Below are positions 25,699-38,801 of a DNA stretch of 64,000 bases, piece after piece. Source of the DNA: Lingula anatina. Taxonomy: Eukaryota; Animalia; Brachiopoda. The DNA is taken from assembly GCA_051362555.1 (NCBI GenBank), contig CM120645.1:3286001-3350000 (forward strand), in the 5' to 3' direction. Below the pieces are notes generated by a model. It was given only the letters and a program-made list of their open reading frames with translations, did no database searches and was not told where the DNA came from. A program made the position numbers and the translations under genes. The first letter of the stretch is position 1, and each line of letters begins with the position of its first letter.

Positions 25699-26066
25699 AA
25701 CACACTCTAAGAGTCGCTGTCATTTCTGCAAGGGGCGCTGTAAAAATACACGTCCTCAGAGGCCCAGCTCTGAATCGTGTTATTTTGGTAAAGTGGAATC
25801 TAACTAGGTCATGAGCCCACCACCCCCAACACACACGCAAGAGTGGTAAAATATCTAGGCCAAAGTTGACATAAAGTAACAGTAGGTACTAGTAGTATGT
25901 TTTCGTCGGGATGCCTAGGTTGAACGTTTTGCATCTGCAATGATACAATTGTTCAATAAAGAAAAGTTGACATTTGTAGTAAAATCTGTTTAACCAAATT
26001 GAACAACAGTGTAGTGAACGGGGCAATTTTACAAAAAAAAAAAATATAAAAAAAAAATAATAATAA

Positions 26067-26109
<43 letters not shown>

Positions 26110-26358
26110 AAATGATAATAATTAATAAAAAATAAAATAAAATAAATGGCGAATTTGTCTAGTTTTGTTTGTTATGCTGTTTTTAACAATACAGGGGCTG
26201 GAGGGGTGAGCTCCGAAGGGGTGGAGGTGGTGGAGGAGGCAATGGCACACAGTAAGCACCTTCCCCTTAGTCTGCCATCGTATCTTCAGGGCCCCATCTA
26301 AATAAAATATATAATTATAAAATTTAAGATCGGCTGGTGTGGACTTTATCCTACCCAC

Positions 26359-27764
26359 CTCCACTGCCCCATGAGCGCCCCCCTTCTTATACCAGTCAGC
26401 GTAGTGGCCCTTCAGGTGGACATAAGGAGGAAAAATCATATACCGCTCTCTGCCCAACTGGTCCCGAGTGTCCATCGGTTCGGCACCAACACTTAACAAG
26501 CATTTCGCCGTTTTCATGTCCTCGGCTGATGTCCAGAAAACAAATGGCAGATTAAAATACTAAATTAAGTCAGAATATTTTTGTTGATTTTAAGCTTATT
26601 GCGTGATCAGTGGATATATATATATAGAAGGTACCCTGGATATGTTACATTGTATAAGGACATTATGTTTATTGAGACAGAATATACGTTTGAACCAAAT
26701 AGGACGGTGCAATGTGAAATCTTCTCTACCACAATCTATCTCATGTATTTCCAATTTGTGTGATTATGAATACAGTTGCCTATAAAGATTGCTTGAGTTT
26801 TCACGTGTACTATAAGGTTATAAATGTTGTTAAAATATGCTGGGCAAATACCGTCATGCGGATTTCATTAGAAATATATATGTATATTGACTATTGAACA
26901 TTTTAACACGTCATTTTAACATACTTGTATGTGTCATCTGAAACGAAAGGAGATCTGTGAGAGATATGCAACTTGAATAATAATAGGTTAAATAGATGAA
27001 ACGATATACAGGCTGTTCTTTGTACAACGACTTATATTGAATTGAGATTGAAAGTAAAAATAGTCGTTTCAATGGACCACCCTGTACACTCCCCAGGGAG
27101 GTGAGACCGTCTACAGAGTGCACCAGTGCAAAAATGACCAGGCTTCCTTGACTTGAATATTCATTTCATTTAAATAAATAATTTACATAATTGTATAACT
27201 TCAACCTTCGGGTTGTGATTTTCCAATAAAGATTATTATTATGTATGGAATACATACCCTCTCCGTCCTGCAGGCATTTCGGGTCGCTGTTAATGGCTTT
27301 CGTAACAAGCAATCTGACAGCTTCCCTGCTAGACACAAACCCTGGACCTCCACTCATATACACGGACTTCTTAATTCTAGTATCAGCGTTGAATTCCCAA
27401 TCACTGGGGTAAAACTGGTGTCCATAAAACTCTGCCCTCTTTGGGTCCCTAGATGATAGACAATGTTTCAAATTTTCTACAATTACGTATGTATCAGGGT
27501 CAGCTTTGATAAAGAAATCTGCGTCGTTCAGATGATGCTCGTAAATGTATTTCCATGCAGCTTTGGCCTTTTTTGCAATGTATCCTCTCCCGGGTGGTAC
27601 ACGTAAACCAATTGTTGGGAACGTCTTATTTTCCATGGAGCTCATAAATAATGTGACGTCACATCTTCTCGCCCACGTGTCTCTGACGTGAATAACGCGC
27701 TTGTCGAGATCTGGAGGATCAGTAAGTAGCCAACAAAGAACTGTTGGCATTGGAGGTCCTTTTT
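26359..27764 (-). pseudogene. C1GALT1: C1GALT1-like copy 2 (exons 27764-27258 and 26525-26359); terminal CCS/SFHY exon deleted
   Basis: Both exons are open with intact splice sites, but the segment equivalent to ~10073-10664 is replaced by the 24026-25830 insertion. Confidence 0.75.
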
Positions 27765-28129
27765 CTGTAAGCAAAGGTGAAATAATGTGTTTATAAAGAA
27801 AAAATATCAGATAGTAAATCTGTTTTTATATTACAAACATAAAGACGATCGAGATAGATTTGCTATGCATAAATCTAAACGTAGGACCGGGGCGGATCCA
27901 GAAAATTTTTCTGACAGTCTTTCATATTACATTTGTTGATCCATCCTCCATTTTTGACCGTCTTCCGACAGAAAGAACAGATACCCGACGATGTAAACTT
28001 GAAAAGCTGACTGTCTTCCGGAAGACTCAGAAGACGGCCTGAATCAGTACCTGTCTAATAATAAGTTGTTTCGCACTCTGTCTATCCCCTTTATTTTTTC
28101 TTTGGTGTTTCATTCTACCGGTAGTCTAC

Positions 28130-28160
<31 letters not shown>

Positions 28161-29143
28161 GTATACGTCTTTCTTGGGTGCACTGCAACTATTAATAAAT
28201 CAACCATTTTTTTTGGCCCTCTGTCATGTTTCACTTGTTCACTCGTTCGTATTTTTCCAGTTTCAGTGCAGTTATTATGAGTACATCTCTGACTCATCAT
28301 CCCAATCACCCCTTGTCTTTTTGAAATTTGTTTTTGAAAACACTTTTGATGCGGGATCCCAAAGGGAAAATGAGATGAGATTACTTCAACAGGATAATTT
28401 TATCACAGGTGCTTTTTATTTCTCTTAAAATTCAATCATTAAAATAATTACAGTAATCAAATATTTTCCCTGGGAATCGTCAATTGCACATTTTGGTAGT
28501 TAGTAAAATTTTCCATTTGGCAAAAGAAAAATGGGGGGGGGGGGTAGAAAGGAAGATGAAAAGATGACTAATTCTGTTTGCATAGTCATTACCTTGACTA
28601 GAAAAGTATGCTTACGTTACAGATACTTTCCTAACCAGCCGTCTCTGTAATTGCCGTCTTTATCTATTCAGATTTTTATTTCAAAGCCTGCCTTAATTTT
28701 GACGACATAGATGCAAGTGTTCAAAAATTGCTTTTGTTAACGGCTCAAGCCAATGCTTAGATTTTAGCAGTACATGCATTCTCTCATTATGATGCAGGCG
28801 GAATGCGACTACCTGTACCATAAGTGGTAGATAGTCGTAGGGATATGTTTTATTCAAATCACTGGCCGAAAAGAAAGTTTAATAGGGCAACCATATTTTT
28901 AAAAATTATACTGGAGAAATAAATTGTAGATCTAAGCTGATAACGAACGGTACCCTTCTCCCCCCCCACCCCATTTCCTTTACAGATATATCCACAGCAG
29001 TGCTTCGCGGACGCCATCACACTTTCACACACACACACGCACACACACTTTACGTGTCGCACACACTTCAACTCTCTCTAATAACTTCTCTCTTTGTCTC
29101 TGTCACTCTGTCACACACACACACATACACACACACACACACA

Positions 29144-31953
29144 CTGTGTGCTCTTGTTCACGCATTCTAACCGAGGACACACACCCGCCCGAAACCCACT
29201 AACCGAGGACACACCTCCAACCGAGGACGTCCTCGGTTGACATAAGCAGTGGAATGCATAAAGGGGCCCATTTCAAGTTAGGTGGTGAAATTTGACGCTA
29301 TTCTGAGCCAGTCCTCGGTTATGCTGTATAGCGCGGGCCAAATTCCCGCCACGAGTGTATCAGAAATACTGTCCAACTTTTTGTCTGAAATCGAGCTATA
29401 CACACGCGTCCTCGGTTGTGCTGTAAAGGGCGGACCAAATTCCGCGTCCTCGGTTGTGCTGTAAAGGGCAGACTAAACTGAAACTAATGTTATATCTCAG
29501 ATGTCTATATATTCAGTAAGTTCATATTTTTAAACTAAAGGTCTTTTTTATCAAATTAAGCTCTCCTAGGCTTTTCATAAAACTCACAGAACTGATGATT
29601 ATAAGTAAAAGAATGGTCAAGATTGAAAATCAGCATGACCAGGCCCTTTTCTTTCAAATGTTATGCTGTTTTTTTTTTTTTTTCAGCATATAAGTAACAC
29701 TGTAAGCACATTTCAGGGAGAACCAATAAGCCTGTTTTCATGAAACTCACAGGAGTAATCAATGTTATCTATATACAAATCAAGTTTAAAAATAAGATTG
29801 ATTGGTTGAGTTTTGAGGGACTTCAGCTTTTATTTGTATATAAGTGGTTTTCCTCAGATTTGATTGTCAGGCATGTTGACAGTTTCGTTATTGAACTAAC
29901 TAGATATGTAAATATGTTAGTGTTTGTCTGAAATTTTCTGCATCTTTACAACATTGCTAGTTGATTATATAAATATGACGGTAAACATGTTATCATGTAC
30001 TGTGTAATACAGTGTCTCAAAATGGAGGAAATGGGGTGATTATTTTCAAAAGTTTTGCATTTTTTTTCTCCTTTTTTCAGTGTACATGCAACACTGTAAA
30101 CACACTTCAAGGAGAACCAATAGGCCTGTTTTCATGAAACTCAGAGAACTAATGATTATTAGTAAATTAAAAAGAATGATCAAGATTGAAAATCAGCATG
30201 ACCAGGCCCTTTTCTTTCAAATGTTATGCTGTTTTTTTTTCAGCATATATGTAACACTGTAAGCACATTTCAAGGAGAACCAATAAGCCTGTTTTCATGA
30301 AACTCACAGAACTGATGATTATTAGTAAAAGAATGGTCAAGATTGAAAATCGGCATGACCAGGCCCTTTTCTTTCAAATGTTATGCTGTTTTTTTTTAAG
30401 CATATAAGTAACACTGTAAGCACATTTCAGGAAGAACCAATAACTTAAAGCCTGTTTTCATGAAACTCACAGAACTGATTATTATGAGTAAAAGAATGGT
30501 CAAGATTGAAAATCAGCATGACCAGGCCCTTTTCTTTCAAATTTTATGCTGTTTTTTTTTTTTTAGCATATAAGTAGTTCACTGTAAGCACATTTCAGGG
30601 AGAACCGATAGGCCTGTTGTCATTAAACTCACAAGAGTGATCAATGTTATCTATATACAAATCAAATTTAAAAATAAGATTGATTGGTTGAGTTTTGAGG
30701 GACTTCAGCTTATATTTGTATATAAGTGGTTTTCCTCAGATTTGATTGTCAGGCATGTTGACAGTTTCGTTATTGAATTTACTAGATATGTAAAATGGGT
30801 TGTTTGACAATTTCTGCGTCTTGACAATATTGCTAGTTGATTATATAAAAATGGTGGTAAACCTGTTATCTTGTATTGTGTAAAAAAAGTGCCAAAATGG
30901 AAATGAACTCGTATCATTGTAGTTTGTCAGATTCAATCATTCACAATGTTCGGAATGGAGGAAATTGGACATTTAAACTTGTTATATTGATATTTTTGCC
31001 ATCTCAACAATTTTCTTAGTTGATCATGTGAAATGGCAGTAAACTGTATTATTTTATGTAAAAAAGTTAAAAATGGAAAGAAACCCATTTCAGTACAGTG
31101 CTCTCTTGTATACATTTAGCATTTTCAAAGTATGACTTTGGAGTTCCATGAACCTGAAAACCTTTGCTAGTCACATTTTCTGAATATTCATGATACTAAT
31201 ATTTTATTATAAAAAATTGATGATCATTATGCTGTTAAGCATTATATAATATTGCATCAAATTGGAAGAAAGCACAATTTTGGGTGCTGCTGGCATGATG
31301 TCCTCAATTGTAAAATTGTGTACTGTGCAAGTCTGTATCCAATGGACGACACTTTGTGTTATCAAAATATAAAATTCATGATAATAAAAGAGTGCTAAAT
31401 AGAAAATAAGCATTATGAAAATAAAATGTTTGAAAACGAATTTCTTTGGTCTTTTATTTTATTTCATCAGTATCCTTTCTTTTCCTAAATTAATTGATGT
31501 TTTATCTCATAATCTTCAATTCTAAAAAAGTGGCAAAGCCCAGCATTAAATATTGTATAACTGTTCATTTAATCATCACCTCTGGTGTTATTTTGGAATT
31601 TACCTTAAATATGAAAGAATTTCATAAAAATGTGAATTTCTGCAAAGTAACGCTATATAAAATTTGCTTTGCATTAAAAGTACAATCATTATTACATGTA
31701 GATGCATGCATGTCCTCGGTTGTAATGTGTAGTGTCTGTCCGTGTGTGTGTCCGTGTGTGTCCTCGGTTAGAATGTAAAATTCTTGTCAGCAAAAAATTA
31801 GTTTTTATAAAAAATTAATTTATAACATTCATACTCGAATAGATTTTACCCTAAATTGATGTTTTTATTTTGATTTAACCAAGGAATAAGATGTCCTCGG
31901 TTGTATGGTGTTGTGCTGATGTCCTCGGTTGGTACACATAGACAAGTACACAC
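29144..31953. mobile_element. ~2.8 kb non-autonomous DNA transposon-like insertion in a (CA)n tract, with an internal ~125 bp minisatellite
   Basis: Absent at the equivalent (CA)n at ~13945-13980; imperfect TIRs; AACCGAGGAC/GTCCTCGGTT motifs clustered at both ends; no credible ORF. Confidence 0.7.
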
Positions 31954-34900
31954 ACACACACACAGCTCTTCCTGTGTATATTTTAATTATGAAGAGAAAA
32001 TAGAGAATTAACATCTTTGTTACTTGTATTTTTACCTGGTCTCGAGGCATGCTGGTCCGTATCTATCTCCTCACGAGAACGAGTTAGTGGTCCCTGTATA
32101 ACAAGTTGTACTGCTATGTTAGATATTACTATGGCGGGTATCACGGTGAAATAAATTTGGCTTCGCCTCATGTACAATGAAAATGAAAATGCCGTATTGG
32201 GGGTAGGTTATATGCCAAATGTTTCTCTCATGCCCCACAGGTGGATTTCCATACGCTTGTATATATTTCTGTGCATGTGTCCTTTGCGACATCTCATTAT
32301 TCCAGTCTCTCGTTTGACGAAGACTGTTTTTCAAGTTAAAGGAGGCCATTGTTCTCGCTTGTACGTACTGTACTTGTATGAATACCTTATGTATTCGCTA
32401 ACGTCGGTGAATATGGACAAAATACGGGATAAGATCTATGATAATATCCTGTAGAAAATATCTTTAACTTTGTTATGGACCTGATATATTCTAGTTTGGA
32501 CTCAAAACACTCATTGGTCCAAATGAGCTTTTTTCTTGTAGATATGCATGTTTATGTACATTATTAGACCTAATTCTATAGGACCTCGCATTTTGCGTGA
32601 CAAATTTCATTGCTGCATGTCTAGCCGAAAATAGGGCAGGCTGTGCAGCTTAGTAAATCGAAGATCGAAGTAAGAGATAGTCAAGGTGCTGAAAAAGAGC
32701 GATGAATATCAACTGGTACTTCCACATGTACATATGGGTGTGTAATACAATCTTTATACACAAACATATAAGTAAAAGACATTTTTTGAGCTAAAGATAA
32801 TTTATGCCACTGGCCCCTGTGCACGTTCGTATTGCGGAAAAAAGTTTGAAGTCGGTAAGGTATGGTTGCGCTTCTCTAAACTTTAAACATTGACTTGTTT
32901 TTTCTTGTTCATGTATGTCAATAAGTAATCATTATTACATGTAAATGCATGCATGTCCTCGGTTGTAATGTGTAGTGTCTGTCCGTGTGTGTGTCCGTGT
33001 GTGTCCTCGGTTAGAATGTAAAATTCTTGTCAGCAAAAAATTAGTTTTTATAAAAAATTAATTTATAACATTCATACTCGAATAGATTTTACCCTAAATT
33101 GATGTTTTTATTTTGATTTAACCAAGGAATAAGATGTCCTCGGTTGTATGGTGTTGTGCTGATGTCCTCGGTTGGTACACATAGACAAGTACACACACAC
33201 ACACACAGCTCTTCCTGTGTATATTTTAATTATGAAGAGAAAATAGAGAATTAACATCTTTGTTACTTGTATTTTTACCTGGTCTCGAGGCATGCTGGTC
33301 CGTATCTATCTCCTCACGAGAACGAGTTAGTGGTCCCTGTATAACAAGTTGTACTGCTATGTTAGATATTACTATGGCGGGTATCACGGTGAAATAAATT
33401 TGGCTTCGCCTCATGTACAATGAAAATGAAAATGCCGTATTGGGGGTAGGTTATATGCCAAATGTTTCTCTCATGCCCCACAGGTGGATTTCCATACGCT
33501 TGTATATATTTCTGTGCATGTGTCCTTTGCGACATCTCATTATTCCAGTCTCTCGTTTGACGAAGACTGTTTTTCAAGTTAAAGGAGGCCATTGTTCTCG
33601 CTTGTACGTACTGTACTTGTATGAATACCTTATGTATTCGCTAACGTCGGTGAATATGGACAAAATACGGGATAAGATCTATGATAATATCCTGTAGAAA
33701 ATATCTTTAACTTTGTTATGGACCTGATATATTCTAGTTTGGACTCAAAACACTCATTGGTCCAAATGAGCTTTTTTCTTGTAGATATGCATGTTTATGT
33801 ACATTATTAGACCTAATTCTATAGGACCTCGCATTTTGCGTGACAAATTTCATTGCTGCATGTCTAGCCAAAAATAGGGCAGGCTGTGCAGCTTAGTAAA
33901 TCGAAGATCGAAGTAAGAGATAGTCAAGGTGCTGAAAAAGAGCGATGAATATCAACTGGTACTTCCACATGTACATATGGGTGTGTAATACAATCTTTAT
34001 ACACAAACATATAAGTAAAAGACATTTTTTGAGCTAAAGATAATTTATGCCACTGGCCCCTGTGCACGTTCGTATTGCGGAAAAAAGTTTGAAGTCGGTA
34101 AGGTATGGTTGCGCTTCTCTAAACTTTAAACATTGACTTGTTTTTTCTTGTTCATGTATGTCAATAAGTAATCATTATTACATGTAGATGCATGCATGTC
34201 CTCGGTTGTAATGTGTAGTGTCTGTCCGTGTGTGTGTCCGTGTGTGTCCTCGGTTAGAATGTAAAATTCTTGTCAGCAAAAAATTAGTTTTTATAAAAAA
34301 TTAATTTATAACATTCATACTCGAATAGATTTTACCCTAAATTGATGTTTTTATTTTGATTTAACCAAGGAATAAGATGTCCTCGGTTGTATGGTGTTGT
34401 GCTGATGTCCTCGGTTGGTACACATAGACAAGTACACACACACACACACAGCTCTTCCTGTGTATATTTTAATTATGAAGAGAAAATAGAGAATTAACAT
34501 CTTTGTTACTTGTATTTTTACCTGGTCTCGAGGCATGCTGGTCCGTATCTATCTCCTCACGAGAACGAGTTAGTGGTCCCTGTATAACAAGTTGTACTGC
34601 TATGTTAGATATTACTATGGCGGGTATCACGGTGAAATAAATTTGGCTTCGCCTCATGTACAATGAAAATGAAAATGCCGTATTGGGGGTAGGTTATATG
34701 CCAAATGTTTCTCTCATGCCCCACAGGTGGATTTCCATACGCTTGTATATATTTCTGTGCATGTGTCCTTTGCGACATCTCATTATTCCAGTCTCTCGTT
34801 TGACGAAGACTGTTTTTCAAGTTAAAGGAGGCCATTGTTCTCGCTTGTACGTACTGTACTTGTATGAATACCTTATGTATTCGCTAACGTCGGTGAATAT

Positions 34901-35412
34901 GGACAAAATACGGGATAAGATCTATGATAATATCCTGTAGAAAATATCTTTAACTTTGTTATGGACCTGATATATTCTAGTTTGGACTCAAAACACTCAT
35001 TGGTCCAAATGAGCTTTTTTCTTGTAGATATGCATGTTTATGTACATTATTAGACCTAATTCTATAGGACCTCGCATTTTGCGTGACAAATTTCATTGCT
35101 GCATGTCTAGCCAAAAATAGGGCAGGCTGTGCAGCTTAGTAAATCGAAGATCGAAGTAAGAGATAGTCAAGGTGCTGAAAAAGAGCGATGAATATCAACT
35201 GGTACTTCCACATGTACATATGGGTGTGTAATACAATCTTTATACACAAACATATAAGTAAAAGACATTTTTTGAGCTAAAGATAATTTATGCCACTGGC
35301 CCCTGTGCACGTTCGTATTGCGGAAAAAAGTTTGAAGTCGGTAAGGTATGGTTGCGCTTCTCTAAACTTTAAACATTGACTTGTTTTTTCTTGTTCATGT
35401 ATGTCAATAAGT
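31684..35412. repeat. 1243 bp tandem repeat, 3 copies
   Basis: Exact 1243 periodicity in sequence and ORF track. Confidence 0.95.
32036..32171 (-). CDS. Putative first coding exon of transferase copy 2 (type II signal anchor and stem); repeated at 33279-33414 and 34522-34657
   Basis: Encodes MRRSQ-IYFTVIPAIVISNIAVQLVI-QGPLTRSREEIDTDQHASRP, then a phase-1 donor matching the phase-1 acceptor at 27764. Confidence 0.55.
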
Positions 35413-36958
35413 ACAGAAGAGAACAGTTTCTCTGATCATCTGTAATATCCTGCGTCGTTTTTCAAAGCAGTTTTACGAAATTATTTTTAATACGAGGTTA
35501 CACGGGGAAAGTGGAAGGTAATAAATTTTAATAGCAGGGAAATTTTGTCACTGGTACCTTTTATGTCGTTTGAAACTCAATTTTTGGCATTAAAGCTATT
35601 AAATATTTTTTGCATGCATCAAAAATTGCTCATGGATGGTTTAGTTGTTTTCACTTAAATTATAATGTTTTCAAACGGGGCAAGAATTAAGGGAGATTTT
35701 AGTCTACGTGATAACGATAACCACAGCATAATTATGCTGCATATTTTTAATCGCTTGAAACGTTTGGCCGTAAGTTTAAGTCGTGTTTGTACTGTTTGTA
35801 CATTGTACTGAATAATCATGTTTTATTGTAATGTATAGAACGAAAAGAGAAGCCATACGTTCGAAATATCGGATCAAAAAAAGGAGTTAATCACTTTTAG
35901 TGACATAGGAACAAAATTAGAAGCTGACCTGGGATACACCTGCCTGAAAAGAGGGGGGGGGGGGCACGGCGATAGATAAAAGCCTGAAGTAAAATTTACG
36001 TCAGGAAGTTTTCAAAGCCTTATTTAAGAACAAAAAGAAAGGAGACCCAATGTTGACGCACGCACGCTGCTCATGACAGTGGGTGGGAAACAGTACAATA
36101 CGAGCTGCATTTTCTACATTTATTTACTTGGAAATACAGTGTTTGCCGGCAATGGAAGCACAAGGGAATAAAACTGAGAAAAAAAAAACCCTCTCCATTA
36201 CAGCTGAATCTGAATTAATTTCGACTTCAACACGCTGGTCATACGTGAAACATTTGTCTTAAACTGTATATTTTTCAAAATGTGCTGACTCTGCCCCTGG
36301 TTGTTCGATAAAACAATATGTTGGCGGCCAGCAGCAATTGGTATCGGTAAACTGGTAAATCAGTTGATATGTTCGACTGTCAAAATAAATGCTTTAGACC
36401 TCAATAAAATAGACACAACTAAAATATACTGTATTAAACAAGCCTTCCAACAGGTGCTCATTGGTTTATGGGCCTGTAAATTGAGCGTTTCTGACCTATT
36501 TCATGTCTTCAACCTACAGTTTGTGCAGTTTCGAGGGCGCCTTTTTAATCTCCATCTCTCCTTCTTTCGGCAACTTTTCTTGCGCTACTGATTGATTCGC
36601 CCGCGATGCTTGTTCTCATGAAAGTGCCAACTATCTATTATTTAATGTTTCATCACTTTCTGGAGTCTGAAGTTACGCCCGTGAAACGTATGTCAGTTTT
36701 AAGTTGATAAAATGTCCAATAGGAACCCGTCGCGTGGTACACGTTATGGTAATGCCACCAATTATTTACCTTATATGGTAAAGATTGTGCGGGCTGACAG
36801 TCACTGCGAGGCTGGGGTGCCGCGTTGATATGTATAAATACGAACCCTCAAAGCACAACTCCTCACCCTACCTCATCCATCGGAGACGCAGGGACCCAAG
36901 AGAACCCACCAAGGACGCGACAGTTGCAGCAAGAAGCCCCGTACTACTGAACGCCACT

Positions 36959-38801
36959 ATGCACTTGTTCCTGGCTATAGTGCTGTCTGCCAGCCTGGCG
37001 GTTGCCGAAGGTAAGTTCCAAGATGCTTCGCAGGCCGATCTTGCTCTTACCAAGGGGTTTCAAGAACCTTTTACTGCATTTCCATTTGAAACCTCTTAGA
37101 ACGCTAGACCTTACCTAGTGTAGGAACGTTTCCCAGGAAACGAGATTTAAACAGAGACCGTAACAGAGATGGTCGCCCATTGTTCTCCGGTCTCTATTCA
37201 TTTCGACCAATGAAAGACCGGCAAACGCGCTCCACCCCAAAGTGTGTAATCTCCTTTGTTCGAACTGCTTGCTTTTAGCAACTTCAATTAAAGTTTTTTT
37301 TTTGCTACAGCTGCCCCCCCCCCCTAAAAAGCCTAAAATTTGATCTTAAGATGAATTTTTTAGTGCACTCCAGTTTAGGATAAACCCATAGCCGTTTATT
37401 AAAATAAAGGTTTGGTACGAGGCATTATTTAGTGAGGAACCGCTACTAAATTTGATGTTGATTATCACATATTTTAATTTCATGGAAATTGTAATGGTCC
37501 AAATTCGAAGGAGGTCAGAGTGCAAAATTTGTTCTCCAATCAGTCGCATGCCGAGTTGAATAGGTCAATGATAATATTTAGGTATTGTTCTTTAGACCCA
37601 CTAAAGCAAAACACAGTCAAGGTAAAAGCTAGCGTTTTAACTCTTTTTCTTCCCGATGAAATAAGGTAATTAGGAGTTCGAAACAGACCCCCTTTATTTT
37701 CCTCGCAAAAAGGGTAATATACTGAGTAAGCTGCTTCAACTTATATAAATCGATGACGGTTTTGCTTCTAAACGTTGTTTCATCGATTGATTGATCGATT
37801 TCAGGTTGACACATGTAACGATGCTAGTTTGGTAATCTAAGAGTGCATTCCCATAGATTTTAGATCGATCTATCCCCGTGGGGAGTCTCACTATAATACT
37901 GTCAGATAATCTGGCTTAAATGTTCGTCCCGCCTACTACAAGCTGTAAAGGGGTAATTAACTTCCGTGTCCGCTCAGCTGACAGCTATTCAACGTGAACC
38001 CCCAGGGAGTTAGGTCGATCTAGTTGGATCGATCTAATCTCTGGGAATGGGGTCTAACTGAAGGGTGGATTTCGTGATCTCATGGTTGATTAGTTTTTCA
38101 GGTCATGTTTTTTCGCGATTGACCGATGGTTTATTCAATCGTTTCATTTGTTGTCTGGTTGACTATGTAATTAAATTATTAAATTTGCAATAACTTTATT
38201 ATTTGATTGATGATTTGATGGTGAAACAGCTCGATTGAGTGATTGATTAACCGATTTGTCGAACGAATGGTTTGTATGATAATTATTCGTCCAATCAATG
38301 AATGACTGACTGTTGCTTTGGTTTGCAGGGGGATACATCAGCCCTCCGTTCCTTCTGAGGCACAGATCTAGCGGCCAATGTTACGCCTATGCTACATGGT
38401 GGGCCTGGGGCATGCAGTATGAAAAATTCCGTGCAGACGATTGCAGCAAGTCGACATTACTGCGCTGGTATCAGGAGGAAGGGCAATTGGGCTATCTGAA
38501 GGTCGAAGGCTCTGACGGACATTGTTTGACTCCCCTCGGTAGCTCGGCTGAACCAGCGGATAATACAGGGATTTTCCCACACTCAAAATGCGATAATGCT
38601 GCATTGTTTGCAATCGAAGAAGGAGAAGGCCGGATCAAACATTCTGGGGGTAAATATGTTCACGCGTCCCCATATAACCAAGAAGTGCCAGGCGTCAATT
38701 CCGATTTGATCATACACGGAGGAACTTCCCAATACAATCAGTTTGACTTTGTTGACAAGCAACTCAATAAAGTTCAGGTTATTCCAAACGATCTGGTGTA
38801 G
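36959..38801 (+). CDS. Secreted lectin-only mytilectin-type protein, copy 3 (exons 36959-37010 and 38329-38801; 174 aa; pore domain deleted)
   Basis: Same signal peptide and intact GT/AG sites. The trefoil domain is open, aligns to copy 1 without gaps and keeps 4 Cys. The stop falls right after KVQVIPN, followed by a remnant of the old C-terminus. Confidence 0.8.
37841..38054. mobile_element. PIF/Harbinger-like MITE in the lectin intron
   Basis: TAA TSD and imperfect TIR GA..CATTCCCA.AGATT..AGATCGATC; absent from type A. Confidence 0.75.

Larger units (their letters stand above)
24026..25830 (+). mobile_element. Unique hammerhead-containing insertion (Penelope-like / retrozyme-like, unclassified)
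   Basis: Present only in unit 2; A/C-skewed; contains an ORF, a hairpin array and a hammerhead motif; no TSD; accompanied by a ~590 bp host deletion. Confidence 0.65.

Noticed and set aside
32119-32454. 76 aa and 94 aa ORFs in the 1243 bp repeat
   Set aside because: Interrupted by stops or frameshifts in type A units; no recognisable family. The 76 aa frame could at most be a uORF.
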